Positions 1-9,797 of a DNA stretch of 64,000 bases are shown piece by piece; the stretch's first letter is position 1; every line of letters starts with the position of its first letter. The stretch covers positions 194,503-258,502 of the forward strand of contig JANQPL010000001.1 in NCBI GenBank assembly GCA_028289425.1. The letters are read 5' to 3'. The stretch is from Alphaproteobacteria bacterium. GTDB taxonomy: Bacteria; Pseudomonadota; Alphaproteobacteria; JANQMY01. Under the pieces are notes generated by a model. That model did not search any database and was not told the DNA's origin. It saw only the letters and a list, made by a program, of their open reading frames with translations. A program made the position numbers and the translations under genes.

Positions 1-342
1 GTCATCATGTTCTGCCCCGTCTTGTTCTTCGGCGCATTTCCATTCGCGCTTGGTCCCGCTGCAATTGCGGCCATCACTCCCAATCAAATGCGTGCTCAAA
101 TCACGGCCCTTTATCTGTTCTCGATCAATTTGCTGGGGTTTGGCCTTGGTCCCCTCTTTATCGGTGCTATCACGGACTATGTGTTCGCGGACGAGGCTCA
201 ATTGCGCTATTCGATTTCCGTTTCCGCAGCGATCGCCATGCCGCTGGCGCTCGTTGCCTTGGCAGCTTCCATGCGACAGTACATCGCCACGCTCGAAAGA
301 CTGGAAAGCGCGGTAACGTCCGTACACGACACAAATAATTAG
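1..342 (+). CDS. MFS transporter, C-terminal fragment (5' end truncated by window edge)
   Basis: Frame-1 ORF runs from the window start. The hydrophobic TM-like sequence LLGFGLGPLFIGAITDYVFADEAQLRYS matches the C-terminal region of the two MFS paralogs at 27851 and 29318 (LLGLGLGPFLVGAISDVLANAYGLGEDSIRYA). Confidence 0.6.
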   Translation, partial: VIMFCPVLFFGAFPFALGPAAIAAITPNQMRAQITALYLFSINLLGFGLGPLFIGAITDYVFADEAQLRYSISVSAAIAMPLALVALAASMRQYIATLERLESAVTSVHDTNN

Positions 343-414
343 GCTTGGACGATTGATTGCAAGGTGACGGTTAATAAGGCGTCACTCTTGAGCATCACAA
401 TCTGATGACGTGCC

Positions 415-1404
415 CTATAGCAAGCCCTGCTCTTTGAGCTTTGGCAAAACAGCCTTTTCAAACAAGTGCAGACTTTGCCATGACATGTCCGGATCTAGCC
501 CACCGAACAGCGGCTGAAAACTCAACTGCCCGTCGGCACCCAATGTCTTGGCGTAATCAACGCACTCCTCCGGCGTTACCACCTGAAACAGCGGTGAGGC
601 TTTGAGGTCATCTAGAGTCTGTAGGGGCTTGTATGTGGTGGCGCCGACACCACGTTCGGTAGCCCACTGGGCATAGGAATTGGTCGTGTACTTCACATGA
701 GGTGCAAGGATGGGCCAATCGCGGTCAGGATCTTCCGTGACAAACAGAAAGTTTGGTCCACTTCGGGCTAAGGGTTTCGGCTCCGGCTTACCGAGCTTCC
801 GGCACTCTTCAACATAGACCTTGTAGAAATCCGGATGTCCTGGATAGAACTCAAACCCCATGCGCGCTGACCGCCGAGCGGATGCTTCGGTAGAGCCGCC
901 CATGATGATCTTCGGACCGGCTTTGCGATAGGGTTTTGGCGTGACCGTTACCGTGCGTCCCTCAAACTCGAACGGTTCGCCGCGCCAAGCGGTCTGCAAT
1001 ATGCGGATCGCTTCCTTATAGATGGCCAGCCGCTTTTTTATGTCGATACCGAACATCTCAAATTCGAGGGGGCGATACCCCATGCCGACCGTCAAGGTCA
1101 CCCGGCCTTTGCTGATCAGATCGAGCACCGCAAGATCTTCCGCGAGACGCAAGGGCTGATGCATGGTTATGAGAAGCGCGCTTAAATGAAGCTCGATCTG
1201 TTTGGTGCGGCTTGCAATCGCCGACGCCATAACCATGGGCGAAGGCAAATAGCCATCTTCCGCACCATGATGTTCGCCCAAAAAAACCGTCGCAAAGCCC
1301 AACCGATCGGCCCAAGCGCACTGCTCGATCGCCGCGTCATACTGTGCATCGAGGGGGGCGCCGATCGCCGGGCCTCGCATATCATACCTCAACGATAGTT
1401 TCAT
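415..1404 (-). CDS. LLM-class (luciferase-like) flavin-dependent oxidoreductase
   Basis: TIM-barrel LLM signature stretches (LGFATVFLGEHHG..., RVTLTVGMGYRPLEFEMFG). The ORF extends to 1461, but the likely start is MKLSL at about 1404. Confidence 0.75.
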   Translation of the reverse strand: MKLSLRYDMRGPAIGAPLDAQYDAAIEQCAWADRLGFATVFLGEHHGAEDGYLPSPMVMASAIASRTKQIELHLSALLITMHQPLRLAEDLAVLDLISKGRVTLTVGMGYRPLEFEMFGIDIKKRLAIYKEAIRILQTAWRGEPFEFEGRTVTVTPKPYRKAGPKIIMGGSTEASARRSARMGFEFYPGHPDFYKVYVEECRKLGKPEPKPLARSGPNFLFVTEDPDRDWPILAPHVKYTTNSYAQWATERGVGATTYKPLQTLDDLKASPLFQVVTPEECVDYAKTLGADGQLSFQPLFGGLDPDMSWQSLHLFEKAVLPKLKEQGLL

Positions 1405-1473
1405 GACCCCTCTCTCGACCAATACGACCAATAGATGGCTCGCGGACCTTCGCTCGCTCAATGTTACAAAACT

Positions 1474-1496
1474 ATACTATTCATATGCATAGTATA
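1474..1496. promoter_or_regulatory. Inverted repeat TATACTAT-N8-ATAGTATA (central CATATG) in the divergent LLM/GntR intergenic region; -10-like on both strands
   Basis: Read directly; AT-rich dyad in a GC-rich context, about 70 nt upstream of the minus-strand LLM start. Confidence 0.35.
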
Positions 1497-1610
1497 TTGC
1501 AATTGCCGGGCGCCCCCCTCTGACCGCCAAAACCGCCAAATTCTGCGTGGTTTGCCTACGGCAGCGCGGCTGCGACCACCGGCCTCATCGCTTGATCAAT
1601 CGGATGTGAA

Positions 1611-1631
1611 TCTAACTATGATAATGATGGT
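1611..1631. promoter_or_regulatory. Conserved 20-mer TCTAACTATGATAATGATGGT (copy 1 of 2; second copy at 11893)
   Basis: Near-identical 20-mer recurs at 11893 (TCTAACTATGGTAATGATAGT). Both copies are intergenic, upstream of catabolic transcription units. Confidence 0.35.
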
Positions 1632-1791
1632 GTTAAGTATGGTATTAATGAAAGCTGATCAGGCTTGTACTGATTCACTTCCTGCCTTGTTGAACTCGTG
1701 CCCTGATGACAGGTCTGATGGTTTTCGGCCATAGGCTAAACTGGAAGTAGAAATAAATATTGCGACAATTTCTGAGTGGAATCGATCCTCA

Positions 1792-2637
1792 ATGGCCAAA
1801 CGGAAAACTACACCGGCAAAGCTCTCAAAGGATAAAAAATCGAGAAATCGTGGCGCCGGCCCTACGCCGCCCGACGCCCTTGCCATTGATGTTGATCCCA
1901 ACTTGCGCCGGTCAACTCGGCGGTCGCTGAAGACCGCCGAAGTAATCGCTCGGGAGATCGTTAAGGACATCTCCGACCGGGGGCTCAGACCGGAGGATCA
2001 ATTGCCTCCGGAAGCGTCAATGGTGGAACATTATGGGGTCGGGCGCGCTTCGGTACGGGAGGCACTTCGCCTGTTGGAAACGCAAGGATTGGTGCGTATT
2101 AAAGCGGGGCCGGGCGGCGGCCCGATCGTTGGCCGTGCCACGCCAAAAAGTCTTGGTCGGTTGCTCACTCTGTTTCTGCGATTAATGGGGGTTACCTACG
2201 AAGACTTGGCCGAAGCCATGCTGTTTCTTGAACCGATCTTGGCGGAAAAAGCGGCGCGGCGGATCGAAAAGTCAGAGTTTGGCGACGTGCTTAAGGCATC
2301 AGTTGATGTCACCGGCGGCGTGCTGCACGATTTCGATCAAGCGGTGGCGGGCCTTAAGAACTTTCATCAACTCATCTACGATGCCGCTGGCAACCGGACC
2401 CTCAGTCTTATCGCCGGCGCCATTGGCACAACCTTCGCTGAGCATCTTACATCTTCCATCGACACATCCACCTTTCATCCCGTAGCCAAAGACGATCACA
2501 TGGCCATTACAGACGCCGTTCTCGGCGGTCGGCCGGTGTTGGCCCGGCGCCTAATGGAAGAGCACATAGAACGGCAGATCGACTTCGTGCGGAGCCGTAT
2601 GCCGGGCATGCTCAAGCAATTGGTTGAATGGCGCTAG
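1792..2637 (+). CDS. GntR family transcriptional regulator, FadR/FCD subfamily (paralog 1 of 3)
   Basis: N-terminal GntR winged HTH (EVIAREIVKDI...VEHYGVGRASVREALRLLETQGLVRIKAGPGGGPIV) plus a C-terminal FCD-like helical domain; basic N-terminal tail. Confidence 0.8.
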   Translation: MAKRKTTPAKLSKDKKSRNRGAGPTPPDALAIDVDPNLRRSTRRSLKTAEVIAREIVKDISDRGLRPEDQLPPEASMVEHYGVGRASVREALRLLETQGLVRIKAGPGGGPIVGRATPKSLGRLLTLFLRLMGVTYEDLAEAMLFLEPILAEKAARRIEKSEFGDVLKASVDVTGGVLHDFDQAVAGLKNFHQLIYDAAGNRTLSLIAGAIGTTFAEHLTSSIDTSTFHPVAKDDHMAITDAVLGGRPVLARRLMEEHIERQIDFVRSRMPGMLKQLVEWR

Positions 2638-2933
2638 CCGAACGGCCATTCCGCAACCAGTACGCCGTTCTTTTCGCGCTCAACTATCTATGCGAATGGT
2701 TGTAATATTTATTGATTTCTTCCACGACAAATGCTACCCATTTTGTCTAGACGACGAGGGCGAAAGCCGCTCGCATAGATAGAACACAAACCGGGTGCAC
2801 CCCTACCGGTAAAAGCATGACTCCAAGACGGCGTCGGTAGCGGCCATGCGCGAGAAAACCGCGCGAGGGGGCAGGCACGTCGATCTCTTTATTGATGTTG
2901 ATTGCAGGCCGGTTCGAGAAGGATTGGTTAAAA

Positions 2934-5330
2934 ATGACAGACCTTTTGCGTGGCTTAACGGTCCTGGACCTGTCCCAAGGCATGGCGGGCTCACTCGCAA
3001 CAATGCTGTTGGCCGACAATGGCGCCCGGGTCATCAAGATCGAACCACCCGAAGGGGATTCGTTTCGCACCATCTTGCCGTTTAAGGTTTGGAACCGCGG
3101 CAAGGAATCAATCGTCCTTGACTTAAAGAAGACGGATGACCGGGACAAGCTCTACGAATTGTGCCGCCGGTCCGATGTGCTCGTTCAATCGTTTCGTCCG
3201 TGTACGCTGCCCGATTTAGGAATCGACTACGAGACCCTCCACGGCATTGCACCCCAGTTGATCTATGCCGCCATTTCAGGGTCCGGCCTGTCTGGAAGTC
3301 ACAGGGACGAAGCAGGTTACGAAGCCCTTCTGGCGGCACGCTATGGGGTGTACACGGATCAGCGCGGCGCCCGTTCGGGCCCCCATTTCTGCCCACAACC
3401 CGGTGGGTCGGTGACAGCCGGCCTGCTCGCGGTGATCGGTATTTTGGCCGCACTGCGCCATCGAATGACAACGGGGATTGGTCAATGCATCGATACGTCC
3501 TTACAGGACGGGCTGGCTGTTCAGCATGTGATGTATTGGGGCTGGTCGGAGAAACCGATGGTGAAGATCCCGCCCGGTTATTCGAGCGGCAAGCTAAGGG
3601 CCCGGACGCTGTTGCAGTTGGGGATCATGAAATGTGCCGACGGCCAGCAAATGATGATCCATACGGGCGCACCGGGACGGTTTACGCGCGCGCTTGAAGT
3701 GTTTGGGCTGAAGGACCGGATCACACCGTCTAACACGCCACACGAGATGACTGTTCCGTTGTCCGAAGAAGAAGCCGAGTTGATCGAAACGGAAGTGCGG
3801 GCGCAGCTGGCTTCGGAACCCCGTGCTTCATGGATCCAGAAGATTCAAGAGGCAGATATCGCGGTGGCGGAGGTAGATCCGCCCGGCCGCGCTCTCGAAG
3901 ATCCGCAAGCCGTTTACAACGGTGCGGTCGGAAGAATCCAAGACCCGGACCTCGGTGACATACGCGTTGCCGGCCCACCGCTAATGACGAAGCAGGTGAC
4001 GCACGGCGTCGCCGACCTGAAGGCTGCACCGACGCTAGGCGAGCATACGGCTGCAGTTTTTAAAGAACTAAATGAAAAACCCTGGGCGCCCACTCTCATG
4101 CCGGAGGAAGCGACGCCTAGTCGCCGAAGCGCACCTTTAGAAGGCCTCAAGGTACTCGATTTCGGCGCCTTTTTTGCGGGCCCGTTCGGGCCGAAAATGC
4201 TCGCCGATCTTGGGGCGGACGTGATTAAGGTGGAACCCCTGCAACGGGACCCTATGCGGGCGCTGACGGGTACGTTTGGCCCGGCCCAACGCGGCAAACG
4301 CTGCATCGCTTTAGATCTCAAATCGGAAAAGGGACGTGAGATCGCCTATCGGCTGGTCCAAGAAGCCGACATGGTTTCGCAAAATATGCGCCCAGGCACG
4401 GCAGAGCGCCTGGGTATCGGCTTTGAACAACTTAAGGAAATCAATCCCAGCCTGACTTACATGTACGCACCCGGCTGGGGGTCGAGCGGCCCTAAATCCA
4501 AACTGCAGAGCTTCGCGCCGCTCCTATCAGCTTTTTGCGGCCTCATGGTCGCCGCCGGTGGCGAGGGCAACATGCCCGTCGGGTCTGCCGCCGGCAACGA
4601 AGATACATACAACGCCCTTCTGGGCGCTTGCGGTCTGTTGATGGGGAAAATCAAAGCGGAACAGTCCGGCCAAGGCCAATATGTGGAAAGCCCACAGCTA
4701 AACTCGACGCTGACCGCAACCAGCGAAGTCATCGTCGATTCCGGCGGTAAAGTACTTTCCGCCTTCCAAAACGATAAGGATCAAACCGGCTTCGGCCCAC
4801 TCTATCGTATCTATCAGTGTAAAGATGAATGGATTTGCCTTGTGGTCTTCAAGGAAAAGGAATGGCATGCCCTGACAAGAGCCGAAGGCCTGAACAACCT
4901 TGCCACCGATGAAAGGTTCGCGGATGCGGGCGCCCGGCAGAGGCATGCCAATGACCTCGCTAAAATTATCGAGGCGTGGTGTGCAGAACGTACGGCAGAA
5001 GAAGCTTGTCGATCGCTCAAATCTGCCGGCGTGCCCTGCGAAAAGGTCTATCCCACGCAAAACATCGACTACTTCTTTGACGAAGAAAACCTCGAGACCG
5101 AACGCGTGGTGGAATACGAGCATCCGCTCACGGGGAAAATGCGGGAGGTCGGTCGGTCCATCCGGTTTTCAGAAACGCCTGGGCCGGTCCTGCGTCCATT
5201 TCCGGGATTTGGCGAGCACACGAAGGAAATTCTTGTGGAACTTGGCTATGCCGAAGATGAAATCGACACGCTTCAGAAGGAAAACATAGTGGCGTGGGAT
5301 CCGGCGCCGGCCGCAAAGGCCGCGGAGTGA
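2934..5330 (+). CDS. Family III (CaiB/BaiF) CoA-transferase, tandem two-domain fusion (about 800 aa)
   Basis: Two complete CaiB-like units in one ORF. N-terminal motif LRGLTVLDLSQGMAGSLATMLLADNGARVIKIEPPEG recurs at about aa 415 as LEGLKVLDFGAFFAGPFGPKMLADLGADVIKVEP. ATG at 2934 has an upstream GGA; the ORF-track start at 2892 is TTG. Confidence 0.75.
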   Translation: MTDLLRGLTVLDLSQGMAGSLATMLLADNGARVIKIEPPEGDSFRTILPFKVWNRGKESIVLDLKKTDDRDKLYELCRRSDVLVQSFRPCTLPDLGIDYETLHGIAPQLIYAAISGSGLSGSHRDEAGYEALLAARYGVYTDQRGARSGPHFCPQPGGSVTAGLLAVIGILAALRHRMTTGIGQCIDTSLQDGLAVQHVMYWGWSEKPMVKIPPGYSSGKLRARTLLQLGIMKCADGQQMMIHTGAPGRFTRALEVFGLKDRITPSNTPHEMTVPLSEEEAELIETEVRAQLASEPRASWIQKIQEADIAVAEVDPPGRALEDPQAVYNGAVGRIQDPDLGDIRVAGPPLMTKQVTHGVADLKAAPTLGEHTAAVFKELNEKPWAPTLMPEEATPSRRSAPLEGLKVLDFGAFFAGPFGPKMLADLGADVIKVEPLQRDPMRALTGTFGPAQRGKRCIALDLKSEKGREIAYRLVQEADMVSQNMRPGTAERLGIGFEQLKEINPSLTYMYAPGWGSSGPKSKLQSFAPLLSAFCGLMVAAGGEGNMPVGSAAGNEDTYNALLGACGLLMGKIKAEQSGQGQYVESPQLNSTLTATSEVIVDSGGKVLSAFQNDKDQTGFGPLYRIYQCKDEWICLVVFKEKEWHALTRAEGLNNLATDERFADAGARQRHANDLAKIIEAWCAERTAEEACRSLKSAGVPCEKVYPTQNIDYFFDEENLETERVVEYEHPLTGKMREVGRSIRFSETPGPVLRPFPGFGEHTKEILVELGYAEDEIDTLQKENIVAWDPAPAAKAAE

Positions 5331-5346
5331 AGGGATTACTGCCAAT

Positions 5347-6972
5347 ATGACGGAACACGTACCGAATTGGACGTCGGGTGAACAAGATACGGTCATCGAC
5401 GCTCTTAAGCGCGCGGTCGAGCGCTTTGGAGATGCCCCATTCTTGGATTTTTCGGGCGAGACCTGGACCTATCGCGAATTCGATCGCGCCTCTACCGGCC
5501 TTGCCCACGGCCTGAAATCGCAGGGCGTCGCGCCTGGTGATCGGGTCACGACGATTATCGATAACAATGTGGATGCCGTGCTTGTGTGGTTTGCCGTAAA
5601 CAAGCTCGGTGCTATCAGCGTACCGGTCAACACCGCGTATAAAGGCGAGTTTTTACGCCACCAAATTGCGGATTCGGGTGCGAATGTAATCGTCGCAGAA
5701 TCCGATTACGCGGATCGAATACTCGCCATCGAAGACGGGTTGCCCGAAGCGACGAAACTGTTCCACCGGGGTGAGCCGCCGACCGCAAAAGCGAAGCGGT
5801 TGAACCTTGCACCCCTTGATGACATCAGAACCGCCAACGAAGCACCGCTTGACGTTGATGTAAAACCCGGCGACCTGGCGGTGCTCATCTACACCGCGGG
5901 CACGACGGGGCCGTCCAAAGGCTGCATGATCAGCCACAACTACATGTGTAATCTGGCGCGCCAAGGCAATGAAGGCATTGACCGGCAGCCCGGCGAAGTG
6001 AGTTGGTCGCCGCTGCCCCTTTTTCATCTGAACGCGACAGCCTCCACGGTGGTGGGCACATTGCTCGCTGGCGGTCTGGCGGCGTTCTATCCACGATTCT
6101 CGGTGTCGAACTTCTGGGATGAGATTGAGCGCACGGGCGCGACCGTCGTGTATCTGCTTGGGTCTATGATACCGTTGATCGCAGATGCACCGGATACGGA
6201 GGCTTCCAAAAGATGCTTCGGTCAAATACGATCGGTGCGAGGCGCGCCGTTTCCGGCCGCATTGCAGGAAAAATGGACGAAACGGTTCGGCATCAAGACG
6301 GCAGGGTCGATGGCCTACGGCTTGAGCGAAGCTTCTCTGGTTACGAGCCTTAAGGCCGGTGAATACGCCGTACCCGGATCTTCCGGCAAACGGAACGACA
6401 GTTTCGATGTGCGCATCGTCGATGACGAGGATAACGAACTACCGCCGGGCGAATCCGGCGAAATCATCATCCGCCCGTTAAAACCCCATGTTATGTTTGA
6501 GGGCTACTGGCGACGTCCGGAGGCGACCCTGAAGGTCATGCGGAATCTATGGTTTCACTCGGGCGACATTGGCAAATTCGACGAGGATGGTTTTTTCTTC
6601 TTCGTAGACCGCAAGAAGGACTACCTCCGCCGCCGGGGAGAGAATGTGTCCAGCTTCGAGTTGGAGTCCACATTCCGCCGCCATCCCGACATTCAAGATG
6701 TGGCGGTACACGCCGTGTTGTCGGAGTTCACCGAAGATGACGTGAAGGCAACTGTGGTCCTTAAGGACGGATCTACCCTGACGGAGGCGGATCTCTGCCG
6801 CTGGTCCCTGGACAACCTGCCTTACTTTGCGGTACCCCGCTACATTGAGTTCCGGGAAGACCTACCGCGCAATCCGGTCGGCCGCGTCCTCAAATACCAG
6901 CTTCGCGACGAAGGGCGGACGCCGCAAACATGGGATCGTGAAGAGTCCGATATCGACATCAAAAAACGATAA
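5347..6972 (+). CDS. AMP-dependent acyl-CoA synthetase/ligase
   Basis: AMP-binding motif LIYTAGTTGPSKGCMISH and adenylate-forming C-terminal region; 541 aa. Confidence 0.8.
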   Translation: MTEHVPNWTSGEQDTVIDALKRAVERFGDAPFLDFSGETWTYREFDRASTGLAHGLKSQGVAPGDRVTTIIDNNVDAVLVWFAVNKLGAISVPVNTAYKGEFLRHQIADSGANVIVAESDYADRILAIEDGLPEATKLFHRGEPPTAKAKRLNLAPLDDIRTANEAPLDVDVKPGDLAVLIYTAGTTGPSKGCMISHNYMCNLARQGNEGIDRQPGEVSWSPLPLFHLNATASTVVGTLLAGGLAAFYPRFSVSNFWDEIERTGATVVYLLGSMIPLIADAPDTEASKRCFGQIRSVRGAPFPAALQEKWTKRFGIKTAGSMAYGLSEASLVTSLKAGEYAVPGSSGKRNDSFDVRIVDDEDNELPPGESGEIIIRPLKPHVMFEGYWRRPEATLKVMRNLWFHSGDIGKFDEDGFFFFVDRKKDYLRRRGENVSSFELESTFRRHPDIQDVAVHAVLSEFTEDDVKATVVLKDGSTLTEADLCRWSLDNLPYFAVPRYIEFREDLPRNPVGRVLKYQLRDEGRTPQTWDREESDIDIKKR

Positions 6973-7081
6973 TGCAGGTTGGCTTTGCAGAACCGGGCTA
7001 GAGCTCACGTCCCTTTTTCAAGAACTCCCCAAATCACGCCTCACGCCAAGAACAAAGCGGCATGAGACGAGAGGACAAGCT

Positions 7082-8389
7082 TCAGGTGGATCGACCGTCG
7101 GTTTGTTTGAATAGCTCTATTACATCTCGTGACGTTACGACCCCTCGTCGCTCTTGGGCCGGTGCGTCTTTGGTGCCGAATGATGCCGGAGTCGTATCCA
7201 CATGGGCAGCTTCGGCGCGCAAAGCGCCCACCGTGCAATCTTTTCGCTCGAACGTCGAGAATGGATCGAACCGGTAAGCCTTGCATGCATTCCCGTGAGT
7301 GATCTTGTCGACCTCATCATCCGGCACCCCCTTGAAACTATCCGCAAGATATTCCGGTGACTTGGGCCATACACTATCCGAATGCGGATAATCACATTCG
7401 TAACAAATTCGGTCGACGCCTATGTGGTGACGGTTCTTCACACCGAACTTGTCGTCGATAAAGCAAGTCAGGAAATGCTGGCGGAAGACGTCACTGGGCT
7501 TCAAACCGTCGAAGTCCGCTCGAGTCCAGCGATGATGATGCTCAAATGTAAAATCGGCCCGCTCCAAAAAATAAGGAACCCAACCAATGCCACCTTCCGA
7601 AAGGGCAATCGTCAGATCGGGATATCTTTGCAGTGCCTTGAGCTGTAACCAGTCGGCGGCGCTGTAGGCGATCGAAAAAGGCATGCTGGCAATCCACGCA
7701 TCGATCGGCGATTCGAGTGACGCATGGGGCGATGCCCGACCCGTACCAATATGGCAATTGATAATCACCCCATTCTCTTGGCAGGCCTGCCAAAGCGGTT
7801 CCCAATAAGCATTGTGAATACTGGGCAGCCCTTTGACGCTGGGATTGTCTGAAAACGCGATCGCATGGCAGCCCTTCTTCACTACGCGTTTGATTTCGTC
7901 CACCACAAGGGAGATGTCCCATAGAGGAAGGATTGCCATGGGAATGAAGCGCCCGGGATAACTTCCGCACCATTCATCAATGTGCCAATCATTGTATGCT
8001 TTGACAATTTCAAGAGCCGTCTTCTTGTCTTTGGCATCCAAGAAAAACGACCCATCAAAGGAAACAAACGTTCCGAAATTGAGCGACGCCAATATGCCGT
8101 TGGCATTCATGTCGTCGACCCGGGCGCTCACATTGTAAGCTCCTTTGCGCATCTGGTTTAACGAAGTGGGCTCGCAGCCATATTCCTCGCGCCGCCGCCC
8201 CGCCACCGCATTGAGCCCAACATTAGCCACCTTCCGGTCTTCAAAGATCCATACCTGGCTGCCGTTGTCTTCGGTCACCATTTTCGGCGCCTTGGATTTG
8301 AGGGATTTTGGCACATGCGCATCGAACATTTCGGGTGGCTCGATGATGTGATCATCGACGCTAACGATGATCATGTCGTCCATCCTCAT
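7082..8389 (-). CDS. Amidohydrolase-2 family metal-dependent hydrolase/decarboxylase (LigW/ACMSD-like TIM barrel) with about 70-aa C-terminal extension
   Basis: N-terminal IIVSVDDHIIEPPEMFDAHVP and overall similarity to the paralog at 21526; ends ...ITHGNACKAYRFD followed by an extra tail. Confidence 0.7.
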   Translation of the reverse strand: MRMDDMIIVSVDDHIIEPPEMFDAHVPKSLKSKAPKMVTEDNGSQVWIFEDRKVANVGLNAVAGRRREEYGCEPTSLNQMRKGAYNVSARVDDMNANGILASLNFGTFVSFDGSFFLDAKDKKTALEIVKAYNDWHIDEWCGSYPGRFIPMAILPLWDISLVVDEIKRVVKKGCHAIAFSDNPSVKGLPSIHNAYWEPLWQACQENGVIINCHIGTGRASPHASLESPIDAWIASMPFSIAYSAADWLQLKALQRYPDLTIALSEGGIGWVPYFLERADFTFEHHHRWTRADFDGLKPSDVFRQHFLTCFIDDKFGVKNRHHIGVDRICYECDYPHSDSVWPKSPEYLADSFKGVPDDEVDKITHGNACKAYRFDPFSTFERKDCTVGALRAEAAHVDTTPASFGTKDAPAQERRGVVTSRDVIELFKQTDGRST

Positions 8390-8423
8390 AGGCGCTTATC
8401 CTTCAACAGCGGAAAGTTGGCTT

Positions 8424-9680
8424 CTATTGATCCCGATCCCAGACCAATGGCAGCCTGTCTAAACCGAACACACCGGCATGGCTGGTAATGACAGCTCCTT
8501 CTTGAATGCGGAACGCCGGAATACGCTTCAACCATTCTTCGATCGCGATGCGCATTTCGCACCTGGCAAGCAGAGCGCCGATGCACCGGTGGGGGCCCAC
8601 AGAAAAAGCGAAATGGCGATTGGGCGATCGACCAATCTTCATCTTGTCCGGGTCTTCGAATTCTTCGCCGTCCAGGCTACCCAGAGCTGTGATGCATTCG
8701 ACGATATCGCCTTTCTTCATCGTTACACCGTGAAATTCATGGTCTTGCGTGACGGTACGCCGTGTGGGTACCACGGAATGAAGCCGCAGCATCTCTTCGA
8801 CGAAGCCAGGTATCTGCGCCGGTTCCTCGCAGAGTAGTCTGCAAGTTTGCGGATGCTCCGCAAGGTGACGAAACGCATAGCCAAGGGAAGCCGTCACCGT
8901 ATCGAGACCGCCCACGAACAGCAAATAGCAAATGCCCAAACTTTCGTCATCGGTGATCGGTTCTTCCTCGATCGCGGCATTGGCCACAAAGCTGATCATG
9001 CCATTTGTCGGCTTCCCTTTTCTTGCGGCAATCTCCGCGCGCATGAATTGCAGGATGTCGCGCGCTGCTTCGATGCGTTTCGCCAGGTCAGATTGATGAA
9101 GAAGATCACGTTCCCATGCGATAAAGGTCTCAAGCTGGGATGGCGGCAGCCCAAGAAGTTCGAGCATGATGGTTGCAGGAAGCGGTGTCCCGAAATCCTC
9201 TATGAATTCGCACGCACCCGCGCCATTGAGCCTGTCGATCAAACTGCCCGCGCGTTCCCGGAGACGTGGTTCAAGGCGGTTGACCGCATCTGACGTAAAA
9301 AATGGATTCAGAAGCGCACGAAATTTTGTATGCGCGGGTGGGTCGAGTTCCAACGGGATCATGTCCCAACGCTCACCGACAATGGTGGAAAATTGTGAAC
9401 ATCCCTTGCTGGAATATAAGTCCGGACTTTGAAGAATCTCCCTCAGCAAGCGAGCCCCAGACACGGTCCATGCACCACGCCCCATATAGTGCCGGGGGTT
9501 GAAAGTCACGTCCGGGCCGCCGCGGATTTCCCTCAGCCGCGCGAATGGGTCAACGGATTGTTCTGCATCGCGGAACGGATCGTAGTTCTGCACAAGCGCC
9601 GCAGATACATGCTGCGGTCGGTTAGAGCCATCCATCTCGCACCCCCGCAAGCTCCGAAGCGTTTTCCTGGAAACGCCCAT
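8424..9680 (-). CDS. Cytochrome P450 monooxygenase
   Basis: Heme-ligand loop FSVGPHRCIGALLA and ExxR (EEMLRLHS); about 410 aa. Confidence 0.85.
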   Translation of the reverse strand: MGVSRKTLRSLRGCEMDGSNRPQHVSAALVQNYDPFRDAEQSVDPFARLREIRGGPDVTFNPRHYMGRGAWTVSGARLLREILQSPDLYSSKGCSQFSTIVGERWDMIPLELDPPAHTKFRALLNPFFTSDAVNRLEPRLRERAGSLIDRLNGAGACEFIEDFGTPLPATIMLELLGLPPSQLETFIAWERDLLHQSDLAKRIEAARDILQFMRAEIAARKGKPTNGMISFVANAAIEEEPITDDESLGICYLLFVGGLDTVTASLGYAFRHLAEHPQTCRLLCEEPAQIPGFVEEMLRLHSVVPTRRTVTQDHEFHGVTMKKGDIVECITALGSLDGEEFEDPDKMKIGRSPNRHFAFSVGPHRCIGALLARCEMRIAIEEWLKRIPAFRIQEGAVITSHAGVFGLDRLPLVWDRDQ

Positions 9681-9797
9681 GATGCGACCGGCTCGGTTTT
9701 TCAGCTATGCAAAAAACTTTCTTCAAACCACCTTCCAACCTTTTGCGGTTTTCAAGCACGGACGGAAACGCCTATACATCGAACTGCGCTCAACACG

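Noticed and set aside
5653-6225. 190-aa ORF antisense to the acyl-CoA ligase
   Set aside because: Antisense artifact with no motifs. The same applies to 26411..27145, 22102..22668, 16928..17605, 49902..50495, 62 kb and similar shadow ORFs.
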